From positions 243,026-307,025 of the forward strand of contig JAZJYZ010000001.1 of NCBI GenBank assembly GCA_040390125.1: a stretch of DNA of 64,000 nucleotides, in the 5' to 3' direction. Below are positions 55,363 through 64,000 of the stretch, in pieces. The position numbers were made by a program, and so were the translations under genes. The DNA is from Patescibacteria group bacterium. GTDB lineage: Bacteria; Patescibacteriota; Minisyncoccia; Phycocordibacterales; Phycocordibacteraceae. The notes under the pieces were generated by a model. The model did no database searches. It was not told the DNA's origin and saw only the letters and a list, made by a program, of their open reading frames with translations. The first letter of the stretch is position 1; the number at the start of each line of letters is the position of its first letter.

Positions 55363-56516
55363 CGGGTGTCTTTGATCCGAAGTGAAATAGGAATACCTAA
55401 GAAAAGTATCGCACCGAAGACCGCAAACACGTATTCAAAAGGGGCATAAAAAAGAACGATACTACCGATCACTGGTCCGACTATCACCCCACACTGCCGG
55501 AGCACTCGAAATACGCTGATAAGCTCGCTGTCTTTGGCACCCACTTTTTTGAAAAAATATGTTTCGGTTGCGATTTCAAGGAGTGCTGCGCCGATCTGGG
55601 TTCCAATCACTAGGAGTGCAAGGACAAGGAGACCAGTCCCTTCGGCGAAGGCGAGCATAATGAATGCGATTCCGGAAATGACAAAGCCCGCAATGATGAA
55701 TTCTTTCTCGCCGAATTTCTTGTCAGCGAGGAAGCCGACAGGCACCTGAAGCAGGATAAATGGCAGTATTGAGAAGGCGAGTATTGTGCCGATCATGCTC
55801 CACGGCAGACCCGCATGGTTATGGAGATACAGTGGGATGTAGATACCGCTCCATATGAACAGAAGTTGGAGCAAGAAGTTTGCACCCATGACTGCAGTGA
55901 GGGACCGGTTTTTCAGAATTGAATCAATCGCTTCCTTCAGATGCATGTTGGTGTGCTCGACGTGGGTGATGCCAGAGAAGAATCTGAATGCTATGTATGC
56001 ACATGCCGCAAACGCCCCCGCTGCTATGAGGAACATCCTCCAATACTCACTATCAGTAAGGGTTGCAGCGATGATGAGCGATGATATGGCGACTGCCATA
56101 TTGCTTGCGGTCAGAAATATCGCTCGTGCCGAACCAGTTCCTTCTTCTTTTTGTCCGACGATTTTCTCTAATACGACGTCAAGTCCGAGGGCTACAATCC
56201 ACCCTGAAACCCAAGCGATTGCAAAAAGTGGAAGAACTAGCACATCTGAAAGATCTAATGAAAGTCCGATAAGTGCGAGTGCTGCGGCACATGCGGCCAC
56301 TATGAGTACCCGGTGCGTTCGCCACTTGCGAAATAGGTGTGGAGTGTGAAGCATCATGAAGCCCGCAAGGATTGATGCCCCGGAGAATATAAGACCCACG
56401 GCAGATTCGGGTATGTATTGTGCCAGGAATGTAGAGTAGACGAAGTAGGGGAGGTAGACCCCTACGGCTCTGAGGAAGTTCCCTACATGTATTGCGTTTG
56501 CGGAGAAGTATTTCAT
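55359..56516 (-). CDS. MFS transporter; start trimmed to MKYFSANAIHV
   Basis: Twelve TM helices. The annotated start at 56561 extends into the conserved structured element, so the internal Met at 56516 is preferred. Confidence 0.7.
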   Translation of the reverse strand: MKYFSANAIHVGNFLRAVGVYLPYFVYSTFLAQYIPESAVGLIFSGASILAGFMMLHTPHLFRKWRTHRVLIVAACAAALALIGLSLDLSDVLVLPLFAIAWVSGWIVALGLDVVLEKIVGQKEEGTGSARAIFLTASNMAVAISSLIIAATLTDSEYWRMFLIAAGAFAACAYIAFRFFSGITHVEHTNMHLKEAIDSILKNRSLTAVMGANFLLQLLFIWSGIYIPLYLHNHAGLPWSMIGTILAFSILPFILLQVPVGFLADKKFGEKEFIIAGFVISGIAFIMLAFAEGTGLLVLALLVIGTQIGAALLEIATETYFFKKVGAKDSELISVFRVLRQCGVIVGPVIGSIVLFYAPFEYVFAVFGAILFLGIPISLRIKDTR

Positions 56517-56546
56517 TTGCTCTAGTATAGCGTGTCGCTCGGATTG

Positions 56547-56653
56547 CTTTTGGCGAAGCATTCGACTTCTGCCGCGGAAGCCTTATTCGTCCTCGCACCA
56601 ATTTCCCGCTCAAAGCGGGAACCGAGCAATCGATGTTGCGGATGTTCGCCAAA
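56547..56653. ncRNA. conserved ~107-nt structured element, copy B; orientation unresolved
   Basis: See copy A. It lies directly upstream of the MFS start. It is followed on the plus strand by an intrinsic-terminator-like hairpin at 56673-56705 (tgtgcaacct-cagg-aggttgcaca + atttttg). Confidence 0.55.
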
Positions 56654-56972
56654 AGCAACCCTCGCTCTCAAGTATGTGCAACCTCAGGAGGTTGCACAAT
56701 TTTTGAGACGGGCACTAGAGAGGCTCGACGTCTTTCAGCGTTCTCTCCTTCGGCATCCACGATCCGCCTTTTGCACAATAACTGTATAGGTAGGTGAGGT
56801 GACCATCTGCGTGTCGAAGCGTATGTGTTGCAAAAACGGTGTGATGAAATTCACAGTAGCGAGGTAGTCGCTCTCGCCAAGGTTCTTTTGATTCGATCAT
56901 GGTATTAAAACACTTACGCCGGAGTGAGTTTCTCCAGCCTGAGTTGTTTCCCTAATCCTAGTATCCGGCAGA

Positions 56973-58991
56973 TTAAACTCCGATGAGGACAGGGATGACC
57001 ATAGGCCTTTTTGAAGTCTTTTGGAAGAGGTAACGCTCGACGGTGTCGGTGAGGTTGGTCTTTATGTACTCCAAGTCCACCGGATTCATGCCTGCTGCCA
57101 AATCTTCCGTCGTCTTCTTGATGAGGAGTCGTGTCTCCGAGAGGAGTCCTTGAGATTCCCTAAGGTACACGAATCCTCGAGAGATGATGTCGGGCGATTT
57201 TTTGAGGGTGCCTGTTCGCAAGTTTACAGTTGCGATGATGACGAACATACCATCTTGCGCCAAAGACTGACGATCTCGTATAACAACCTCTTGCATGTCG
57301 CCGATGGAGAAGCCGTCTACCATCATTGGGTTCGCTGGAACTTTTTCTTTTCGGACCGTCATGGTTGTTCCGTTTTCAATTTCTATGATGCTTCCGTTAT
57401 CTGGAAGTACCACGTTCTCTTTAGGGAAGCCTGCAGCGATTTGTGCATTCGCATGGTATTTGAGCATTGAGAAGTAGCCGTACGCTGGCATGAAGAATGT
57501 TGGATTTACTTGCTGACGCATCCAGACAAGCTCTCCTGTGTTGCCGTGTCCTGTGGAGTGCACGTCTGATGAGCGATAATGAATTAAGGATACGTTGTGA
57601 CGCAAGAGATTGTCTTTGAGTTTCTGTACCCGCACTTCATTACCTGGAATAACCGAAGAAGAAAGGATGATGGTGTCACGTTCAGTAAACGCAATATTTT
57701 TGTGTTTTTTTGTGGCGATACGCATCAGGGCTGCGGTGTCTTCGCCTTGTGAGCCTGTTGCGATTATGACGATGCGATCCGCTGGGTAGTCATTGATGTC
57801 TTCTGCACGAATCATCGTACCTGGCTTTGGTGTGAAGATATTTGCACGCTGAGCGATTTCGATGTTGGTTTTGATTGATCTGCCTTCGGTTATGATCTTC
57901 TTTCCGAGGTTCTCTGAGGTCTTGATGATGTGAATCATGCGTTCGAACTGCGAAGAGAAGGTGCCGATGATGAGGCGTCCCTTTACTGACTTGATGATGT
58001 CTTCGAGTGTCGTGTATACACGTGACTCAGGAATTGAAAATCCATCTCTTTCGGCGTTCGTTGAGTCTGCAATAAAGATAAGATTTTTATCACGACCGAG
58101 TCCTCCCCAGGTCTTTTCTTCTTTTGATGTTGGGATGCCGTCCTCGTGCTCCAAGCGTAAGTCTCCAGAAATGATGATGTTGCCGTGTTTGGTATGAATT
58201 GAAAGACCCATGGCGTCTGGAATGGAGTGAGTTACCGGAAACGTCTTTACGATAACTGGCTCTCCACCTGGCAAGCTTACCGAAACACTTCCTCCTGGTT
58301 CAATGACTCGAAGGTCAATGTCAGCAATATGTGGAAATTCTTCCTGCCGTCGTTTAATCATCAAGCTGGTGAGGTATTGCGTGTAGATAGGCGGGTTTCC
58401 AATTCGGTCGATGATGTACGGAATACCACCGATGTGGTCGAGGTGTCCGTGCGTAATGAAAACGCCGAGGATTCGGTCTTTGTTTTCTTCGAGGTAGCGA
58501 GTGTTTGGGAGGATGTAGTCGACTCCTGGCGTTGCTTCTTCGGAAACAAACTGAAAGCCGACGTCAGAAATAATGATGCCTTGTGGTAATTCAAAGATAA
58601 CCATGTTGCGACCCACTTCTTCAACACCGCCTATCGGTATGATGCGAACCGTATCTTCGTTGAGTGGAGGAAGAACGACACGGTCGACTGCACTCATGTC
58701 TCTCTCCGTGAGCTCTCGAGGCGGAGGGGTTGCACGCATTGGACGATTATTGGAGCGTGGTCGTTGGTGTCGTCTAGGCCCGTGTGCTGAGGGCGAACCT
58801 TGTGGGCGCCTTGGTCCTCGTGAAGGATGGGGTCTGCTCGTTGGTGTGCTTGGTCTTGCGGAGTGACTTGCTGGTCTCCCTGGTAGCGCATTAAAAGGGC
58901 GTGCACGGCCAGTTCGAGGGCCTGTGGAGCTTCGTTGAGGGCGTGATGGTTGCTGTGGGTTAGACCCTCGCGGTGGTAGTGGTGTATTCAT
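56973..58991 (-). CDS. rnj: ribonuclease J (metallo-beta-lactamase / beta-CASP) with ~100-aa Pro/Arg/Ser-rich N-terminal extension
   Basis: HxHxDH motif ITHGHLDHIGG, plus beta-CASP and C-terminal domains. Confidence 0.85.
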   Translation of the reverse strand: MNTPLPPRGSNPQQPSRPQRSSTGPRTGRARPFNALPGRPASHSARPSTPTSRPHPSRGPRRPQGSPSAHGPRRHQRPRSNNRPMRATPPPRELTERDMSAVDRVVLPPLNEDTVRIIPIGGVEEVGRNMVIFELPQGIIISDVGFQFVSEEATPGVDYILPNTRYLEENKDRILGVFITHGHLDHIGGIPYIIDRIGNPPIYTQYLTSLMIKRRQEEFPHIADIDLRVIEPGGSVSVSLPGGEPVIVKTFPVTHSIPDAMGLSIHTKHGNIIISGDLRLEHEDGIPTSKEEKTWGGLGRDKNLIFIADSTNAERDGFSIPESRVYTTLEDIIKSVKGRLIIGTFSSQFERMIHIIKTSENLGKKIITEGRSIKTNIEIAQRANIFTPKPGTMIRAEDINDYPADRIVIIATGSQGEDTAALMRIATKKHKNIAFTERDTIILSSSVIPGNEVRVQKLKDNLLRHNVSLIHYRSSDVHSTGHGNTGELVWMRQQVNPTFFMPAYGYFSMLKYHANAQIAAGFPKENVVLPDNGSIIEIENGTTMTVRKEKVPANPMMVDGFSIGDMQEVVIRDRQSLAQDGMFVIIATVNLRTGTLKKSPDIISRGFVYLRESQGLLSETRLLIKKTTEDLAAGMNPVDLEYIKTNLTDTVERYLFQKTSKRPMVIPVLIGV

Positions 58992-59079
58992 GCTGTTTTT
59001 AAAATTACGTATTTAGTTGTTAAATTTTTTAAATAATAGTTATTAGAGAATTTTCAAATGTTGTGGTTTTTTAATGTTT

Positions 59080-60828
59080 TTATTTTCTGAAAATAGGCCA
59101 GACACGTTCAGTCTTGAGATACCACATATCTACTGCATTGAAACGGTCGCTTGGTGTTCCTATAGTTCGAAGTGTTACGCCGGAGAGATTAGGTGGCGTC
59201 ACATAGACGAAATACGGGGTGTACAAGAAGACGGCGGCACTGTCGTCAGCTATGTCCTCAGCAACCGCATGTGCTTTCTCTAAGCGAAGCGATGGATCTG
59301 TTTCTGTACGCAGTGTCTCAAGCTTCTTATCTACATCAACTGTAGCATACAGTCCGATATTGAGCCCCGGATCATTGCGTTGGCTTGAGTGCCAGAATGC
59401 AAAGAGATCTAAGTCCCGCCCAATCACAAGACCGAAAAGTAGTGCGTCGTATTTTCGGGGTCTGATGACTCCCACGTTGAGGTCATTTTGGTCAAAGAAC
59501 TTCAATTCAACTTCAGCACCTACCTTTCTCCAGTCTTCCGCAACCAACTCTGCTGACCGTTTCAATTCCGGTATGTTTGAGGTAGAGAGAGAAAAAGAAA
59601 GTCGTACCGTCTGCTTTGACTTACCGCTCCCGGTCGTTTTTTTGAAAACCCCATCCTCGCCGGCTTTCCAGCCTGCTTTTACAAGGATCGCCTGTGCCTC
59701 CGCAATTCGTGTTTCTGCCGAACGCTCGTCCTTCAGAGCACTTGCTATCGAATCAGGAGGGAGTGGCCCGTCGATGACGGAGCCGTGACCTTCGAGGATT
59801 GTACTCACTAACATTTCTTTGTCAACTGCTCTGTCTAATGCGTGCCTCACGCTCTTTTCGGCGAATATTTTATTCTGGTTTTGATTGAAAAATACACTAA
59901 ATATTCTGCCGAAGACCGCTTCGTTTGTGGTGTATGCTCCGACTAGCCCACTAGTGCTTATTGAATGAACTGCACCAATTTCACCTTTGTTCAATGCACT
60001 CTTTAGTTCATCTGCATTCGCATATACTTTAAAAATAAAGCGTTCTATGTAGGGTATACGAGTACCTTCCGTCACTGCCTTAAGGCGATATTCGACGGGG
60101 ATACCTGATGAATTTTGTTTCATGCTTTCTACTTTGTATGGACCTGAGCCTATGGGATGTGCGTTTACCGTGCTGAAAGGAAATTCTTCCGGGGTTACGT
60201 TTTCCCAGATGTGTTTTGGAAGGATGCCCAAGGTCATGTTTTCAAGAAATGGGGCGTATGGGCTCTTCAGTGTGAAAGAGACGGTCTTTGGATCGAGAAC
60301 TTCCACGCTCACTCCTTCCCAGTCGGCTCTGCGTGGGCTTTTTATGTCGGGATTTTTAGACTCTTGTATCGTAAACGCCACATCTTCCGCCGTTACTGGA
60401 GTACCATCGTGGAAGCGTGCTCGGCTATCAAGTGTAAAGGTGTAGGTGAGTCTATCGTCGCTTACGGTGTAGGCATTTGCGAGGTCGTATTCAAGTGAAC
60501 CATCATGGTTTGCACGAAGCAGTCCTGAAAATACGAGGGTCGTGAGGTCCCGGTCGGTGTTGGAAATTGCAAGAAGCGGGTTCAAGAAGCGGGGAGACTC
60601 GGATAGGCCTTCAGTATATGTGCCACCGTGTGCAGGCACCTCGACTGCAAGTGCAAGTGAGATAGAAGCGAGCATGGATGCAGTTGCAAAGGCCATTACT
60701 GCACCTAACACACTGAGGACAAGCCAGTCTGATGGTTTCAGCAGTTCAGCCTTCGCTTCAAGTGTGCGAAGTGAAGGGGTTGTTCTGTGCCTCAAGAGTG
60801 CACGAAAGAATGCTCGTAAGGATGCCAT
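59080..60828 (-). CDS. ABC transporter substrate-binding protein, family 5 (peptide/nickel type), membrane-anchored
   Basis: N-terminal TM. Length and segments such as LDPKTVSFTLKSPYAPFL and GSGPYK match SBP_bac_5. Confidence 0.7.
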   Translation of the reverse strand: MASLRAFFRALLRHRTTPSLRTLEAKAELLKPSDWLVLSVLGAVMAFATASMLASISLALAVEVPAHGGTYTEGLSESPRFLNPLLAISNTDRDLTTLVFSGLLRANHDGSLEYDLANAYTVSDDRLTYTFTLDSRARFHDGTPVTAEDVAFTIQESKNPDIKSPRRADWEGVSVEVLDPKTVSFTLKSPYAPFLENMTLGILPKHIWENVTPEEFPFSTVNAHPIGSGPYKVESMKQNSSGIPVEYRLKAVTEGTRIPYIERFIFKVYANADELKSALNKGEIGAVHSISTSGLVGAYTTNEAVFGRIFSVFFNQNQNKIFAEKSVRHALDRAVDKEMLVSTILEGHGSVIDGPLPPDSIASALKDERSAETRIAEAQAILVKAGWKAGEDGVFKKTTGSGKSKQTVRLSFSLSTSNIPELKRSAELVAEDWRKVGAEVELKFFDQNDLNVGVIRPRKYDALLFGLVIGRDLDLFAFWHSSQRNDPGLNIGLYATVDVDKKLETLRTETDPSLRLEKAHAVAEDIADDSAAVFLYTPYFVYVTPPNLSGVTLRTIGTPSDRFNAVDMWYLKTERVWPIFRK

Positions 60829-60891
60829 TTTGTAGAGATGGTGTAGAGAAGCAGAACGTTAGCCCTTAAGAAGGGCTAATACACTAAGCTA

Positions 60892-61122
60892 CTAAGCCGT
60901 AATGAGTGCGAGTAGTGCCGAGAGGGCAAACAACACTGCAAGGACAATTGAGCTTTGAAAAAGAAAAAGCTCAGCTCCACGCCTGGTGTAGAAACTCTCT
61001 TGTGTACTGTCGCCAAAGGCACCTCCCAAGCCAGCTCCACGCTGTTGGAGGAGTATTGCTCCGATGAGGAGAATTGAGAGAATGACTTGTACCCCCGGAA
61101 GGAGGCTATTTATGAGAGCCAT
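60892..61122 (-). CDS. secG: preprotein translocase subunit SecG
   Basis: LLQQRGAGLGGAFG between two TM helices. It is 76 aa. Confidence 0.7.
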   Translation of the reverse strand: MALINSLLPGVQVILSILLIGAILLQQRGAGLGGAFGDSTQESFYTRRGAELFLFQSSIVLAVLFALSALLALITA

Positions 61123-61219
61123 AGTGCCTGGTTGCTAGGATACCACGCTCATGGAAAAAGAGGCAACCTGCCTGTTGACGAGGGTTGGGTATGTCATTAA
61201 TTTGCTGGCCCTCATTTCA

Positions 61220-61248
61220 TTGACTGCACCGACACATTTCCTTATACT
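61220..61248 (+). promoter_or_regulatory. sigma70-like promoter (TTGACT-17-TATACT) upstream of groES
   Basis: ttgact at 61220-61225 and tatact at 61243-61248. I found no CIRCE inverted repeat. Confidence 0.45.
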
Positions 61249-61305
61249 ACGTTCTATCTCATGGGCATAGGCCCGTGTCTTTAGTTCTAAGAAATCTGAC
61301 AGCAT

Positions 61306-61662
61306 ATGGCTAAAACGAAAAAGAATTCGTCTGTGAAGAATAGTGTAAAGGGAGATAGTGAATTTTCTGTTCGTCCTTTGCACGATAGGGTAGTAATCAA
61401 ACCACTTTCACCAGAAGAGGCAGGTTCACGAACACTTTCCGGCATCATTATTCCTGATACCGCAAAAGAAAAACCTGAGCAGGGCAAGGTTGTTGCAGTT
61501 GGGCCCGGCAAATGGGATGAGGACGGAGAGAAGAGAATTCCAGTATCAGTAAAAGTTGGCGACAGAGTAATGTTCTCGAAATATGGTTACGACGAAGTAA
61601 AAATAAATGGCGTTGAGTATTTTATTGTCAACGAATCAAACATCCTTGCTATCCTTTCTTAG
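61306..61662 (+). CDS. groES: co-chaperonin GroES (with ~20-aa N-terminal extension as annotated)
   Basis: [10 protein letters not shown]...[23 protein letters not shown]. Confidence 0.85.
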   Translation: MAKTKKNSSVKNSVKGDSEFSVRPLHDRVVIKPLSPEEAGSRTLSGIIIPDTAKEKPEQGKVVAVGPGKWDEDGEKRIPVSVKVGDRVMFSKYGYDEVKINGVEYFIVNESNILAILS

Positions 61663-61667
61663 TTTTT

Positions 61668-61707
61668 ATTTATTTCACTAAACGCTAACCCCTAAACACT
61701 AAACCCT
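61668..61707. repeat. word array (cactaaacgctaacccctaaacactaaaccct) immediately upstream of groEL
   Basis: A near-direct copy lies at 63757-63790 (gttcactaaacactaacccctaaacact). An inverted relative lies at 63349-63385 (gtggttagtggatagtgtttagagtttag). Confidence 0.75.
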
Positions 61708-63348
61708 ATGAGTAAGAAGATTCTTTTTGAAGCAGATGCACGAAATGCAGTAAAAACCGGCATTGATATTGTAGCGAGAGCAGTGAAAGTAACGCTTGGG
61801 CCTCGTGGTCGCAACGTTATTCTCGACAAAGGCTACGGCGGTCCACACATGACTAACGACGGTGTTACTATCGCTAAAGAAATTACTCTCAAAGACAAGT
61901 TCCAAAACATGGGCGCAGAGCTCGTGAAAGAAGTTGCAAGTAAGACGAACGATATGGCGGGCGACGGCACCACTACTTCCGTCGTTTTGTTTCAAGCGCT
62001 GATTGACGAGGGAATGAAACACACCGCCATGGGTTTGAATGCCATGGGTATTCGAACCGGTATGGAGCATGCGTCAGAAGCTGCAGTGAAGGCACTCAAA
62101 GCAATGGCAAAACCGGTTGCGGGAGACAATAAAGTCATCAAGCAGGTTGCAACTATTTCAGCAGAGTCTGAGGAAATTGGTCGCACTATTGGTGAGGTCA
62201 TAAAGGAAGTTGGTCAAAACGGCGTCGTAACGGTTGAAGAATCGCAGTCGTTTGGTATTGAAAAAGAAGTAGTAGAAGGAATGGAATTTGATCGTGGCTA
62301 CGTGTCGCACTACATGATTACGAATCCGGAAAGAATGGAGGCGGAATATCGTGATGCACCAATTCTTGTTACCGATAAGAAAATTGCTTCGATTCAGGAA
62401 ATTCTTCCGATACTTGAAGCTGTTGCAAAAACTGGAAAGAAAGAACTCGTAATTATTGCAGACGATGTAGAAGGCGAAGCATTGACGACGTTTGTGGTGA
62501 ACAAGCTTCGAGGTACGTTCAACGTGCTTGCAGTGAAGGCACCAGGATATGGGGACAGAAAGAAAGATATGCTCCAAGACATTGCTTCGACAATAGGGGC
62601 AACAGTGGTATCTGAAGAAACTGGTATGACGCTCGATAAGGCGGACGTTTCGGTTCTTGGTCGTGCACAGAAAGTAATTTCAACAAAAGATTCTACAATC
62701 ATCGTTGGAGGTAAGGGAAAGAAATCTGCTATTGATGCACGTGTTTCTGCTCTTCAGAAACAACTTGAAGCAAGCGATTCTAAATTCGACAAAGAAAAAC
62801 TCGAAGAGCGTATTGCAAAATTGTCAGGTGGCGTTGCAGTGATTCGCGTTGGTGCTGCGACAGAAACCGAGATGAAGTATTTGAAAGACAAAATTGAAGA
62901 TGCGGTGAATGCAACAAAAGCGGCGATTGCTGAGGGAATTGTTCCTGGAGGTGGTACTGCACTAGTTAAAGCTGCAGCAAAGGCGGAGGCCTCGGCTGAC
63001 TGGAAGAGTATGTCCAAGGAAGAAGAAATTGGCTATCGTATTGTTCTCTCGGCACTCTTGAAGCCATTGAAGCAAATTGCTATGAATGCCGGAAAGGAGA
63101 GTGGGGAGGTTATCGTTGAGGCAGTCAAAAAGGCAAAAGGCTTTGCCGGCTATGATGCCGTCAAGGATGAAGTTGTTCCCGACATGATGATTGCGGGCAT
63201 CATTGATCCAGTGAAAGTGACACGAGGTGGACTTGAGCATGCAGTTTCTGCGGCTGCCATTCTTCTCACCACAGAAGTTGCTATCGCTGATGAACCAGAA
63301 GAAAAGAAAGAAATGGGTGGTGCCCCTGGAGGCGGAATGGATTATTAA
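61708..63348 (+). CDS. groEL: chaperonin GroEL
   Basis: AVKTGIDIV...GPRGRNV...AGDGTTT, with a C-terminal GGAPGGGM-type tail. Confidence 0.95.
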   Translation: MSKKILFEADARNAVKTGIDIVARAVKVTLGPRGRNVILDKGYGGPHMTNDGVTIAKEITLKDKFQNMGAELVKEVASKTNDMAGDGTTTSVVLFQALIDEGMKHTAMGLNAMGIRTGMEHASEAAVKALKAMAKPVAGDNKVIKQVATISAESEEIGRTIGEVIKEVGQNGVVTVEESQSFGIEKEVVEGMEFDRGYVSHYMITNPERMEAEYRDAPILVTDKKIASIQEILPILEAVAKTGKKELVIIADDVEGEALTTFVVNKLRGTFNVLAVKAPGYGDRKKDMLQDIASTIGATVVSEETGMTLDKADVSVLGRAQKVISTKDSTIIVGGKGKKSAIDARVSALQKQLEASDSKFDKEKLEERIAKLSGGVAVIRVGAATETEMKYLKDKIEDAVNATKAAIAEGIVPGGGTALVKAAAKAEASADWKSMSKEEEIGYRIVLSALLKPLKQIAMNAGKESGEVIVEAVKKAKGFAGYDAVKDEVVPDMMIAGIIDPVKVTRGGLEHAVSAAAILLTTEVAIADEPEEKKEMGGAPGGGMDY

Positions 63349-63385
63349 AAAGTGGTTAGTGGATAGTGTTTAGAGTTTAGATAAG
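63349..63385. repeat. word array, inverted relative of 61668..61707, immediately downstream of groEL
   Basis: Its reverse complement resembles the upstream array. Confidence 0.7.
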
Positions 63386-63796
63386 AAAATAAATTATGTC
63401 GGAAACATTAGGAGGAGAGAGTAGAACTGGTTTGAGCCACCCACTTAAGCGTCGACGCTGGGAAAGGATAGTTGGTTTGGGGCAAGTCTTTCACCCTAAA
63501 GGTCGGCGTTGGGAACACGTTGATAGAGATGGTATTGCTCAGGTCGTCAAGGAAGAAAGAAAAACAGCGCAAACAGAGTTTCTAAATTGAGCGTATGCCA
63601 GAACCAGGGCAGTACGAAACACCTCAACCTTTACCTATTCCACAAGGCCCTTGGCCAGTTCGGGAAGTGCCTGGTGATCCAGATGATGGGGATGATGAAA
63701 AAGAAAAAAAGCCACGTTACATTCATTAAGGTTGTTTCATGCTAAAATTCAGAAGTTACACTGTTCACTAAACACTAACCCCTAAACACTATTTTT

Positions 63797-64000
63797 ATGA
63801 CTCCACTCTATATCGTTCTTGCGGTAGTTGCGGTTATTATTATTTGGCTCGTTGTTGCGTACAACGGCTTTGTTGCACTAAGGAATCGTGCAAAAGAAGC
63901 ATGGTCTGACATCGAAGTACAGATGAAGCGTCGTTACGACCTTATTCCAAACCTGATTGAAACAGTGAAGGGCTACGCAGCACACGAAAAACAAGCATTT
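63797..64000 (+). CDS. lemA: LemA family protein, N-terminal part (runs off window end)
   Basis: N-terminal TM then [49 protein letters not shown]. Confidence 0.7.
   Translation, partial: MTPLYIVLAVVAVIIIWLVVAYNGFVALRNRAKEAWSDIEVQMKRRYDLIPNLIETVKGYAAHEKQAF

Noticed and set aside
61123-61305. CIRCE (HrcA operator) upstream of groES
   Set aside because: No TTAGCACTC-N9-GAGTGCTAA-like inverted repeat is present. Only a sigma70-like promoter was seen.
431-63790. Could the short-word tandem arrays be CRISPR arrays?
   Set aside because: There are no constant-length direct repeats separated by unique spacers. The words are 6-8 nt and mutate progressively, and no cas genes are present.

Overview
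This 64-kb window looks like a compact, gene-dense bacterial chromosome segment, about 90% coding, with very short intergenic regions, several overlapping start/stop codons and few obvious Shine-Dalgarno sites. By inference only, this layout and the gene content (type IV pilus/competence locus with ComFC, PilMNO, PilB, PilT, PilC, PilD and five prepilin-like genes, type II glutamine synthetase, many signal-peptide hypotheticals) resemble small-genome Candidate-Phyla-Radiation-like bacteria. I could not run a search to confirm this. Recognisable content, in order: recG 5' end (minus strand); peptidoglycan-binding secreted protein; CDF cation exporter; cyclophilin; FN3-like repeat protein; a tRNA-Ser(GCU) locus flanked by tRNA-like fragments; glnII; a HAD nucleotidase; comFC; a complete type IV pilus operon with an embedded CheY-like receiver; a GIY-YIG protein plus Pif1-like helicase; three hypotheticals; purine biosynthesis genes (purL, purQ, purE, purM, purC) interleaved with otsA, an LmbE-like deacetylase and a SAM methyltransferase; typA/bipA; a DsbA-like/DsbB-like pair; a DEAD-box helicase; an MliC-like protein; a cupredoxin; an ABC exporter; msrA/msrB; bcp; nth and a mutY-like glycosylase; an MFS transporter; RNase J; a family-5 solute-binding protein; secG; groES/groEL; and a lemA 5' end. 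The features not explained by genes are: (i) a ~107-nt structured element present twice (45251-45357 and 56547-56653), with compensatory base changes in an internal hairpin, each just upstream of a minus-strand gene start; (ii) pervasive degenerate 6-8-nt 'word' tandem arrays in intergenic regions and in the annotated 5' ends of pilin genes and purQ, often as inverted pairs flanking genes; (iii) a ~70-nt inverted-repeat pair bracketing 8.1 kb; (iv) a shared-arm palindromic hairpin family flanking a 3.7-kb gene block; and (v) tRNA-Ser fragments either side of the intact tRNA-Ser. No CRISPR array, transposase, integrase or rRNA was seen.
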